A stretch of 64,000 nt of DNA, taken from a virus. Its lineage: Duplodnaviria > Heunggongvirae > Uroviricota > Caudoviricetes. Shown one piece after another: positions 38,876 through 46,875 of this stretch. How positions within the stretch are numbered: the first letter of the stretch is position 1; each line of letters starts with the position of its first letter. The stretch spans positions 78,435 to 142,434 of the IMG/VR virus record IMGVR_UViG_3300033076_001232. One strand, given 5' to 3'. The notes beneath the pieces were generated by a model. The model was not told the DNA's origin and did no database searches. It saw only the letters and a list, made by a program, of their open reading frames with translations. Made by a program: the position numbers and the translations under genes.

Positions 38876-39463
38876 ATGGCTCAATTTCCAAAAAATCCCA
38901 CTGTAGGACAGACATTTTTACCTAATCAAACAAATCTATATGTTTGGAGTGGATACCAATGGGTTCCTGGCACAGGTGTTTATGGCTCTTTTTATGATGT
39001 TTTAGATCAAACCGCCTCTGCTAATACTGCAACTCCGATGGTTCTTAGAACTACTGATTTTTCATATGGGGTTTCTATAAAAGCAGATGAGTCGGGTAAT
39101 TTATCCAGAATATCACCAGAACATCCTGGAAGATATAATATCGCATTTTCTGCCCAGATGGATAGGGTTTCTGGATCCGGTATAGCCCAAATTGATATTT
39201 GGCTTAGAATGAATGGAATCGACCTCCCCTGGTCCGGCGGTAAAGTAACAATGTCCGGAAATGCTAACGCATCTAAAGTTGTTGCAGCTTGGAATTATTT
39301 TGTTAAATGTGAATATGACTCGGATTATTTCCAGCTAGTGTGGAGAACAACCGATGCTAACATTAGCATCATAGCCGACTCTGCAAACTCAGCTCAACCT
39401 GATCCAGCTGCATATCCAGCTATACCGTCACTTATAGTGACGATCAATCAAGTCGGATTCTAA
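38876..39463 (+). CDS. Short fibre/decoration protein with C1q/BclA-like jelly-roll head
   Basis: FPKNPTVGQ...YVWSGYQW anchor motif; PGRYNIAFSAQ, IDIWLRMNG, AAWNYFV and PAIPSLIVTINQV. Confidence 0.55.
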   Translation: MAQFPKNPTVGQTFLPNQTNLYVWSGYQWVPGTGVYGSFYDVLDQTASANTATPMVLRTTDFSYGVSIKADESGNLSRISPEHPGRYNIAFSAQMDRVSGSGIAQIDIWLRMNGIDLPWSGGKVTMSGNANASKVVAAWNYFVKCEYDSDYFQLVWRTTDANISIIADSANSAQPDPAAYPAIPSLIVTINQVGF

Positions 39464-39464
39464 A

Positions 39465-39472
39465 GATATATA
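39465..39472 (+). promoter_or_regulatory. GATATATA putative late promoter
   Basis: Exact motif only 5 nt before GTG 39478. Confidence 0.6.
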
Positions 39473-39477
39473 GTATT

Positions 39478-39891
39478 GTGAAACACGTTGTAGATTTCGA
39501 GGAATATGATCCATCTGACGAGTATAAATCCGATTCTCGTAGATCCATTAATTTGGACAGAATTAGAAAATCTGTAGAATATAAGAGGATCATAGAAATG
39601 GGCTTTGATGAGGATACGTCTCATCAACAAGAGCTAAATAACACCATGAAGTTTATCCGAACCAAACACAAGAAAAGGGAGAAGGGTCACGGAGACGTCT
39701 TTTACACAATTCACCCGACCGGAACAGTTCGTAGATATAATCCTATAAGATCAAAGGAAACTCCAGAGGGGAGTGGAAACGATATTAAAAAATTCTTAGA
39801 TCCATTTAAGACCACAGCAGACTATAAAAAGGGATTAAATTACCTATGGCAGTATCTTAAAAGGAAAGAAGAAAAGGGAGATTATAGATAA
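39478..39891 (+). CDS. Putative internal head protein with capsid-targeting-like leader
   Basis: GTG start, MKHVVDFEEYD. Confidence 0.55.
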   Translation: MKHVVDFEEYDPSDEYKSDSRRSINLDRIRKSVEYKRIIEMGFDEDTSHQQELNNTMKFIRTKHKKREKGHGDVFYTIHPTGTVRRYNPIRSKETPEGSGNDIKKFLDPFKTTADYKKGLNYLWQYLKRKEEKGDYR

Positions 39892-39895
39892 AATT

Positions 39896-40126
39896 ATGTG
39901 CGATTGCGGAGGATATAGCTCGGTTGAACATCACAGTTCTAATAAGGGAAGGAAAGAGACCAGCCAGATAGACAATAAATGGATCTTGGATAATCTAGAT
40001 CGAAAGCTTTTGGTACAGAGCCCAATTTATGATATATACAATGATATTATAGGCTACATAACAAAAAGCGAGAACGGAAATGTTATTCGAATATTCTCCC
40101 ATAATATCAAACAAATATTAGATTAA
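39896..40126 (+). CDS. Hypothetical protein
   Basis: 76 aa ORF tightly packed in the operon. Confidence 0.5.
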   Translation: MCDCGGYSSVEHHSSNKGRKETSQIDNKWILDNLDRKLLVQSPIYDIYNDIIGYITKSENGNVIRIFSHNIKQILD

Positions 40127-40130
40127 CTAT

Positions 40131-40601
40131 ATGTTTTATCCAACTGGAAATTCAACACAAGGAAGATGCTTAGTCTGCATGAAGGACGAAGATAGCGAGA
40201 TATCGGAGGCTTTAAAAGAATGTAACGAGTCTTGTGTTACTGAGTGCATGGGAAAATGGCTCGATGAAAATAACTACTGTGTTGAAAAGTGGCAGCTTAA
40301 GGAATATCTTAAATCCAAAGGATGTAATGAAGATAAAATCATGGAAGATATGGGAGCAGCACCAGCTCCAACCGCAGCACCAGCTCCAGGATTAGCTACT
40401 TTGGGAAATGTTCCGGGTATGGGCAATCCGACACCTCCTTCGAATGATGGCACAAATGCTGGATTCTATGATTCTTCTAGAACTGGAAGTGGTGATAAAT
40501 TCACTACTTTAACAGCAGGTACACCAGCAGCTAAAAAGAAGGGCAAGAAAGGTAAAAACCTTATCTCCTACATGGATTTCATTAAGAACAGAAAGAAATA
40601 A
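40131..40601 (+). CDS. Hypothetical protein with Cys-rich N-terminus and Pro/Ala-rich linker
   Basis: ATLGNVPGMGNPTPP...GSGDKF; basic tail ending NLISYMDFIK. Confidence 0.55.
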   Translation: MFYPTGNSTQGRCLVCMKDEDSEISEALKECNESCVTECMGKWLDENNYCVEKWQLKEYLKSKGCNEDKIMEDMGAAPAPTAAPAPGLATLGNVPGMGNPTPPSNDGTNAGFYDSSRTGSGDKFTTLTAGTPAAKKKGKKGKNLISYMDFIKNRKK

Positions 40602-40646
40602 ATCAGAGGTGAATTTTTGACACCTTGTACTTTATAATACTTTGAG

Positions 40647-40672
40647 AAAAGAGACTTTTTGTCTCTTTTTTT
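40647..40672 (+). terminator. Rho-independent terminator
   Basis: AAAAGAGAC / GTCTCTTTT stem with a T-run. Confidence 0.7.
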
Positions 40673-40719
40673 GTGTTGGAATTATTTTTGAATAGCATTG
40701 ATTAAAAAAACAAACCAAT

Positions 40720-41100
40720 ATGAATACTAAAGAATTTAGAACAATGTTTCCAACAATCTTATCATCAAGCCTAAAAGATTCTGTCCTCGACGGAATAATT
40801 AATCTAAAAACAGGCATTTCTAAAAACTCATATAGAAGTGAGGTTAGAGATGGAAATTTACAACTGGAGTTTGCTCTTCCTGGTTTAAATAAGGAAGATA
40901 TTTCTGTTACATCAGAATTAAATCGTCTTATCCTAGAGATCAAGAAATCTAGTAATTGGACTCTGGAAGGAAAGAGTAGCTATATAGTTTCAGATACTTT
41001 TAATCTCGAAGAAACTTCAGCAGAGATGAAAAATGGGGTTCTTTTTGTTACTGTCCCAGAGAAATCTACTAAAGGATCAAAAAAGATATCAATCTCTTAA
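40720..41100 (+). CDS. Small heat shock protein (Hsp20/alpha-crystallin)
   Basis: LEFALPGLNKEDISV...L.LE and AEMKNGVLFVTVP motifs. Confidence 0.85.
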   Translation: MNTKEFRTMFPTILSSSLKDSVLDGIINLKTGISKNSYRSEVRDGNLQLEFALPGLNKEDISVTSELNRLILEIKKSSNWTLEGKSSYIVSDTFNLEETSAEMKNGVLFVTVPEKSTKGSKKISIS

Positions 41101-41127
41101 AAATCTGAAATTTTATGGTTTTTCTGT

Positions 41128-41135
41128 GATATATA
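41128..41135 (+). promoter_or_regulatory. GATATATA putative late promoter
   Basis: Exact motif 36 nt before ATG 41172. Confidence 0.6.
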
Positions 41136-41171
41136 AATGACAATTTAAAAACATAAATAAAATTAACTATC

Positions 41172-42422
41172 ATGGCAAGACCAGTATTAAATTTCGCAGA
41201 TTTCTTAATCGAGTCTGCAAGAATGATCAACGAGGGGTATAGCTTTAGTCAGGCTAAAGAGATACTTTCTCAATATATTAAAAAAGCAACAAAAGCTCAA
41301 GAAGGAGATATAACTTCAATTAAAACGGTTACTCCTGAGCAAATAGCTTTAATCGAAAGAATCGCAGGAAGTGTTTCGGAAGAAGCTGTTAAAGCTTTAG
41401 GTGATGCACTAGGAAATATGTTAAATGTTTCTTTGGATAATAAGAAGATGGAATTGGATGTGGAAAACACTGAGATAGCTATTAATAATCTTAAAGTTAG
41501 TAATGTAGTAGCTGGACAAGTATTTTGTGACGAGATTCCTACTACTTCAGTTAAGACAGCAACACTCGCAGAAAATAAGACATCTTTAGAGGCACTTATC
41601 ACAGCTATAAACTTGTACAATACAGAAGCAAGAAAAGATCAAAAATACTGGTCTCAGAAAAAAGAAGGTGCTGAATTAAAATGGAATAAGAAAGACGGTA
41701 ATGTTGCTAATTCAGTAGAGGATAACCAGATTTTCATAACTAATGCAGATTCTAAGGTTGAGTGGAAGAAGAATACTTTTGCCAATAATATTACCCCATT
41801 AGCCGGTGGGATTGATGCTGGTTCAAATCCAAGTTCTGATGGATTAAAAGTAAACCTAGTTTTATATGGTATTAAAAACGTAGCAGAAGGAGCGGGAGGG
41901 AAAATTTCTGTAAATGAGATCGTTCCTGTTACTATTAAAAAAGGTGGAGGTACGACAGAAAAATCTGTTGATATCCAAGACAACGGGACTTTATTCGCAA
42001 AAGCTAAATCTGAATTATTAGAGAACGGTAAAAGAAACATATTTAATGCTATCCAAACCAACTTTACTTCAGTTAGCAGTGTAGAAGTAATCGGAGGGGC
42101 ATCTAAAGAGGGTGACGAATCTTTCAACAAGAAGCTTTGTTTAGATAGAGCAAATTCAGTAGCTGAATTCCTTAAAGAACTTATCCCTGGTGCTACTATC
42201 ACGGCTTCTAAAGAAACAAATATTCAGCCTCTAGAAAGTACTGAAGATCTAAAAACTTGGAGAAAAGTTACATTGAAAATCACTGGTACTTTAAGTGCAG
42301 TTGAACCAGCTCAGGAAGTTATACAATACGTTGCACAGAATAAGCAGATATCTTCAGATAGATATGACTTATATCAGATTACTCTTTGCTTCTACGCAGC
42401 ACTAGATCAAGAAAATAAATAA
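41172..42422 (+). CDS. Protein with C-terminal OmpA-like (peptidoglycan-binding-type) domain and capsid-targeting-like leader
   Basis: LFAKAKSEL...VEVIGGASKEGDESFNKKLCLDRANSVAEFL...WRKVTLKI; starts VLNFADFLIE; no signal peptide. Confidence 0.65.
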   Translation: MARPVLNFADFLIESARMINEGYSFSQAKEILSQYIKKATKAQEGDITSIKTVTPEQIALIERIAGSVSEEAVKALGDALGNMLNVSLDNKKMELDVENTEIAINNLKVSNVVAGQVFCDEIPTTSVKTATLAENKTSLEALITAINLYNTEARKDQKYWSQKKEGAELKWNKKDGNVANSVEDNQIFITNADSKVEWKKNTFANNITPLAGGIDAGSNPSSDGLKVNLVLYGIKNVAEGAGGKISVNEIVPVTIKKGGGTTEKSVDIQDNGTLFAKAKSELLENGKRNIFNAIQTNFTSVSSVEVIGGASKEGDESFNKKLCLDRANSVAEFLKELIPGATITASKETNIQPLESTEDLKTWRKVTLKITGTLSAVEPAQEVIQYVAQNKQISSDRYDLYQITLCFYAALDQENK

Positions 42423-42434
42423 TAAACCTTATTA

Positions 42435-42472
42435 CACAAAAAAGGAAGCTCTTAAGAGCTTCCTTTTTTGTG
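42435..42472. terminator. Bidirectional terminator between convergent genes
   Basis: Perfect 38-bp palindrome CACAAAAAAGGAAGCTCTT / AAGAGCTTCCTTTTTTGTG. Confidence 0.85.
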
Positions 42473-42483
42473 GTCTTATTTTT

Positions 42484-42957
42484 TTAATCAAAAGAGATTA
42501 CTACGTAGTATACCCCATTTGTTTCGATCTGTTCTACCCAGAATTTCTTAGGACTTCCGTAACGATTGAAGTATGATTTGAATGCTGAATCATTAAGAGT
42601 GCTTAACGCTCTTTCTACGAAGAATTCAGAACCATATGTTTCGATCAAGTCCACTCCTTTGATTGTTTTACCTGTAATATCAGAGGCATTCAATACCGTA
42701 GAGATGTGTCCTTGATTTTGTACAAATCCTTGATCTGTTCCCGTCTGGAATTCTTTTAAGTAGTTGTAGCAACCATTTTTTAGCGTTGCGTCCAATTTGA
42801 TATCCGATCCGTAAGCTTTCTCGAATCCAGACTCGATGCTGTCTTGAACGGATTTTAATTTGTCACCGTTTCCGCCGTTTGCAAAAGCAGTGCTGAAGAA
42901 GAAAGTAAGAGCGATTACCAATCCTGTTACTTTGCCGAAGATGTTTTTTGTTTTCAT
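42484..42957 (-). CDS. Exported protein with Sec signal peptide
   Basis: Start reassigned to ATG 42957: MKTKNIFGKVTGLVIALTFFFSTAFA-NGG; 157 aa. Confidence 0.65.
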   Translation of the reverse strand: MKTKNIFGKVTGLVIALTFFFSTAFANGGNGDKLKSVQDSIESGFEKAYGSDIKLDATLKNGCYNYLKEFQTGTDQGFVQNQGHISTVLNASDITGKTIKGVDLIETYGSEFFVERALSTLNDSAFKSYFNRYGSPKKFWVEQIETNGVYYVVISFD

Positions 42958-42987
42958 AATTTCTATTTTTTTAATTGATTTACATTT

Positions 42988-42995
42988 CAAATATA
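42988..42995 (-). promoter_or_regulatory. Bacteroidota sigmaA-type -7 element (TATATTTG)
   Basis: Matches TAnnTTTG on the minus strand, 30 nt upstream of ATG 42957. Confidence 0.45.
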
Positions 42996-43106
42996 GAACA
43001 CTAATACGAGGGAAAAAAGAAAAACTGTAAAATTTTTTAAAAAAATCTCCTATACGTGCGTGCGCTTTTATTTTTAATATACGCATCGGTTTATTATCTT
43101 TACAAT

Positions 43107-43508
43107 ATGAAAATTAAGGATAGAGAGATTTTAATACAAGAGGATTATCTGAACGATCCCTGGAAAATGTTAGTCTGCTGTATACTACTAAATCAAACAA
43201 ACAATAAGCAGGTTAGACCGATTTTAAGCTCCGTATTTGATCTTATTCCGAATCCCATGTCTGCATCTGGGGTTGATGTCAAAGTGTTAGCAGAGGTCAT
43301 AAAAACCACCGGATTTCAGAATGTAAAAGCTTCAAGGATTAAAAAGCTGAGTCAAAAGTGGACGGAAGGATTTTCTTCCGTTTCAGATCTTCCTGGCATA
43401 GGAAAATATGGAAATGATTCCTGGGAGATATTTATAAATAAAAAAATTGATATTACTCCAACGGATAAAAAGTTGGCTAAGTATTTAGAGGATATCTCTA
43501 TTTCTTAG
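43107..43508 (+). CDS. Minimal MBD4-like HhH-GPD DNA glycosylase
   Basis: DPWKMLVCCILLNQT, TTGFQNVKASRI and DLPGIGKYGNDSWEIF; start reassigned to ATG 43107. Confidence 0.8.
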   Translation: MKIKDREILIQEDYLNDPWKMLVCCILLNQTNNKQVRPILSSVFDLIPNPMSASGVDVKVLAEVIKTTGFQNVKASRIKKLSQKWTEGFSSVSDLPGIGKYGNDSWEIFINKKIDITPTDKKLAKYLEDISIS

Positions 43509-43800
43509 GTTTAGCTTTTTCTCTAAATGCTCCTTTAATATAATCGGTTACCTCGGATCCAGATCTTTTTTTCTCCGATAGGAATTTATTAAAAGCTTCG
43601 GATTTCCCCTCCTTGTCTAGAAACATGTTAATCTCAGCTGATTCGTACATGGCATCAATCACTTCAGGCATCTGTGGATTTGCCGAAGTGTAATTTCTAG
43701 AATTTACTCTAATCTCACTACTTTGACCAGGAACGTCCACGCTACCAGGTGAATCTATCCATTCAAACAGGAATTTGTCGAAATTTTTTAAATTTTTCAT
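43498..43800 (-). CDS. Putative internal head protein with capsid-targeting-like leader
   Basis: Starts MKNLKNFDKFLFE, with a second copy EAFNKFLSE. The variant AATATATA lies 7 nt upstream on the minus strand (43808-43815). Confidence 0.6.
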   Translation of the reverse strand: MKNLKNFDKFLFEWIDSPGSVDVPGQSSEIRVNSRNYTSANPQMPEVIDAMYESAEINMFLDKEGKSEAFNKFLSEKKRSGSEVTDYIKGAFREKAKPKK

Positions 43801-43870
43801 CTAATAGTATATATTCACCCGGAACTTAAGAAAGTCAGATGGATAGAAAAGATACAAAAATCTCAATTTA

Positions 43871-45277
43871 ATGATTATCGACATAGAAAATAAGGGGAGT
43901 TATCTCAAGGTATCACATTTTACAGAAGAAGGAGAATTAGCATTTTTAGAGGTTCCTATTAAAGAAGAGGATAGATTTGTTTGGGAAAGGTGCGGACCAA
44001 ACGATCCTAAGAGAGATAAGGAGTGGACAAACTGGTTGGGCGAGCCAGTCAAGAAACTTAAAACTGAGAGATATGATAAGTATCGGATGGCTCAGATTCT
44101 GATTGATTCTCCAGAGGAACTTACCAAACCCCTATGGGAATACCAAACTCCTCGAAAATACTTTGTCGATATTGAGGTTGAGATTACAGAAGATATGGCG
44201 GCAGCTCTTGACACTGAGAACGCTAGAAATAGAGTTCTTTCGATAGGGATTGCAACAGACAAGAATAAATTGATAGTTCTGGGTCTAGATCCGCTTACAC
44301 CTGAGCAGCAAGCAAGTATTTACAAGAAGGTCAATTCTTACTTCGAAAGAACTGGAGACGAATGGTCATTCAAATATAAGCAGTTTCCCTCCGAGTATGA
44401 TATGCTCTACACTTTCTTTAGAGAGCTCGGACCTCGTATGCCTGTAATTACCGGATGGAACTGGCTAGGATATGACTGGCCTTATTTGCTAAATAGAGCA
44501 AAGAGGATTGGAGTTGATCCTAAAATGATTTCCCCTGGGAATTATTTATTAGGTAAAGCTCAGCTTCCAGCTCACTTGTTAATGGTCGATTACCTGGAGA
44601 TCTACAAAAAATGGGACAGAGTAATTAAGATTAAGGAGAGTAACAGATTAGACTATGTTGCAGATAAGGCTGTTGGATTCAAAAAGATTGAGTACAACGG
44701 AACACTTCGTGATTTATATCAATCTAACTTTGAAGACTTCATTTACTATAACGCAGTTGACTGCGCTCTTGTTCATTATATTGACACCAAGCTTAAGACA
44801 CTTCAGACTTTCTTTAAAATTGCAATGATATCTGGGGTTGAGATAAACAGAGCATTATCACCAGTATGGTCTACCGAGATTATGATGCTTCGAAAATTCT
44901 TAGAAAGAAAACAGGTATTCACCGACGAGAGAAAGGAAGAAGTACATGTTAAATTTGCAGGAGGTTACGTTAAGGAACCGACTAAAGGATTACATGAATG
45001 GATAGCCTGCTATGACTTTGCCTCACTTTATCCGAATACCATGGTTCAATGGGGAATTTCACCGGAAGTATACAAGGGAAAGAATCCATCAGCACCAAAA
45101 GAAACATGGTCGAAAACAGCATCGGGAGCATATTTTGGAGGAGAGGACGAGAGCCCAATTCTAAGGACAATCATTAAAGATCTGTACTCCAGAAGGAGAA
45201 AAACTAAAGATAGAATGTTAGAACTACAGATCGAAATTGACAAGTTAGAAAAATTATTAGAAAAAGAGAAAAATTAA
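43871..45277 (+). CDS. polB: Family B DNA polymerase, N-terminal half (3'-5' exonuclease, motif A, first fingers helix)
   Basis: ExoI DIE, ExoII GWNWLGYD, ExoIII YNAVD and motif A YDFASLYP; ends in a coiled coil and lacks motifs B and C. Confidence 0.9.
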   Translation: MIIDIENKGSYLKVSHFTEEGELAFLEVPIKEEDRFVWERCGPNDPKRDKEWTNWLGEPVKKLKTERYDKYRMAQILIDSPEELTKPLWEYQTPRKYFVDIEVEITEDMAAALDTENARNRVLSIGIATDKNKLIVLGLDPLTPEQQASIYKKVNSYFERTGDEWSFKYKQFPSEYDMLYTFFRELGPRMPVITGWNWLGYDWPYLLNRAKRIGVDPKMISPGNYLLGKAQLPAHLLMVDYLEIYKKWDRVIKIKESNRLDYVADKAVGFKKIEYNGTLRDLYQSNFEDFIYYNAVDCALVHYIDTKLKTLQTFFKIAMISGVEINRALSPVWSTEIMMLRKFLERKQVFTDERKEEVHVKFAGGYVKEPTKGLHEWIACYDFASLYPNTMVQWGISPEVYKGKNPSAPKETWSKTASGAYFGGEDESPILRTIIKDLYSRRRKTKDRMLELQIEIDKLEKLLEKEKN

Positions 45278-45309
45278 CGTACTATGGCCGCCGATCCAGA
45301 GGGTCTTTT

Positions 45310-45317
45310 GATATATA
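45310..45317 (+). promoter_or_regulatory. GATATATA putative promoter in a hairpin loop
   Basis: Exact motif flanked by GGGTCTTTT / AAAAACCC, 53 nt before ATG 45371. Confidence 0.55.
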
Positions 45318-45370
45318 AAAAACCCGGTGGGATTTAGGCCTAGACACAAACCTAGTCAAAAATCACAATT

Positions 45371-45850
45371 ATGGCAAATATAGACAACCAATGCAAAGAT
45401 CTTCTCGTTGAGAATGACTACGTAACGTCCACACACCACCTGGAGAAATTGATGACCCTTCAGAAAAACACTCAAGAGGGGGTTTATGGTTACAAGTTTG
45501 ATAATCTAACCCTCGGAGAGATTAAAGACTTCTGGCTCTGGAATACTAGAGCAATTGAGGATGAAATATCAGAGGCATACGATGCCTTAGGTGGAGTATC
45601 TAATAACGGGGAGACATCAATAGGCAATGCAGTATGGAAGCCATGGAAAAGCAACCATAAGAAGGCTTATGAAATGAAAATATCAGATCTATCTGAAGAT
45701 GATGTAAAAGAACTAAAGATGGAGCTAGTTGATATACAACATTTCATTTTCAATATGATGGTTTCCGTTGGGATGACAGCTGAAGAGCTTTACAATTACT
45801 ACCTCTCCAAGAATAAGGAGAATATTAGAAGACAAGAAAACAATTACTAA
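45371..45850 (+). CDS. All-alpha (dimeric) dUTPase/dCTP pyrophosphatase
   Basis: EDEISEAYD, WKPWK, MELVDIQHF and YLSKNKENIRRQ. Confidence 0.8.
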   Translation: MANIDNQCKDLLVENDYVTSTHHLEKLMTLQKNTQEGVYGYKFDNLTLGEIKDFWLWNTRAIEDEISEAYDALGGVSNNGETSIGNAVWKPWKSNHKKAYEMKISDLSEDDVKELKMELVDIQHFIFNMMVSVGMTAEELYNYYLSKNKENIRRQENNY

Positions 45851-45872
45851 TTAAAAAAAATTAAAGTTAACT

Positions 45873-46856
45873 ATGAAGGAATTATATTCTTTACCTGAGC
45901 CTATTTTACAGGAAAATAAAAATCGTTTCGTTTTATTTCCTATTGATCATCACGACATTTGGGAAATGTACAAAAAACAACAGGCTTGCATCTGGACTGC
46001 AGAGGAGATAGATCTAGCTCAGGATTTGAATGACTGGAGAAATAAGTTAACTGACGATGAAAGGTATTTTGTTAAAAATATTCTAGCTTTCTTTGCTGCT
46101 TCGGATGGTATTGTGAATGAAAATCTAGCCGAGAATTTTGTTTCTGAAGTTCAGTACACAGAAGCTAAGTTTTTCTACGGATTTCAAATTATGATGGAGA
46201 ACATCCATTCAGAAACATATTCGTTACTTATAGACACCTATATCAACGACACTGAAGAAAAGAATAGACTATTTAAAGCCATAGAAACTATTCCAGCTGT
46301 TAAGAAAAAAGCAGAGTGGGCACTAAAATGGGTAGAATCTCCTAACTTCCAGGAGAGATTGGTAGCTTTTGCGGCAGTAGAAGGTATATTCTTTAGCGGA
46401 TCTTTCTGTTCAATATTTTGGCTTAAAAAGAGAGGTTTAATGCCGGGTCTTTCATTTTCCAATGAATTGATATCAAGAGACGAAGGCATGCACTGCGATT
46501 TTGCAGTAATGCTACATAACAACCATCTTGTAAACAAGGTTAGTGAAACTAGAATCAAAGAAATTATCATTAGTGCACTGGAAATAGAGAAGGAATTTAT
46601 TACTGAATCCCTACCCGTTAGACTAATTGGTATGAACTCTGATTTAATGAAACAGTATCTAGAATTTGTAGCTGATAGATTACTGGTAGATCTTGGTTGT
46701 TCTAAGATTTATAACTCAGAAAATCCTTTCGACTTCATGATGAACATTTCTCTCCAAGGAAAAACTAATTTCTTTGAAAAGAGAGTAGGTGAATATCAAA
46801 AAGCTGGAGTAATAAATAAGGCAGAGGATGCTTTTGACTTCGATGCTGAATTTTAA
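45873..46856 (+). CDS. nrdB: Ribonucleotide reductase class Ia beta subunit
   Basis: [38 protein letters not shown] and RDEGMH. Confidence 0.95.
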   Translation: MKELYSLPEPILQENKNRFVLFPIDHHDIWEMYKKQQACIWTAEEIDLAQDLNDWRNKLTDDERYFVKNILAFFAASDGIVNENLAENFVSEVQYTEAKFFYGFQIMMENIHSETYSLLIDTYINDTEEKNRLFKAIETIPAVKKKAEWALKWVESPNFQERLVAFAAVEGIFFSGSFCSIFWLKKRGLMPGLSFSNELISRDEGMHCDFAVMLHNNHLVNKVSETRIKEIIISALEIEKEFITESLPVRLIGMNSDLMKQYLEFVADRLLVDLGCSKIYNSENPFDFMMNISLQGKTNFFEKRVGEYQKAGVINKAEDAFDFDAEF

Positions 46857-46875
46857 AAATAATAATCTAAATTAA

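Noticed and set aside
40617-40638. TTGACA and TATAAT consensus hexamers upstream of the Hsp20 gene
   Set aside because: The spacer is only 10 nt (about 17 needed), and a terminator hairpin lies between them and the gene.
42958-43106. Longer N-terminal extensions in the track for 42484-43086 and 43056-43508 (similarly 61166 and 61588)
   Set aside because: The extensions overlap each other or promoter motifs. Downstream ATGs give a clean signal peptide, domain start or leader motif.
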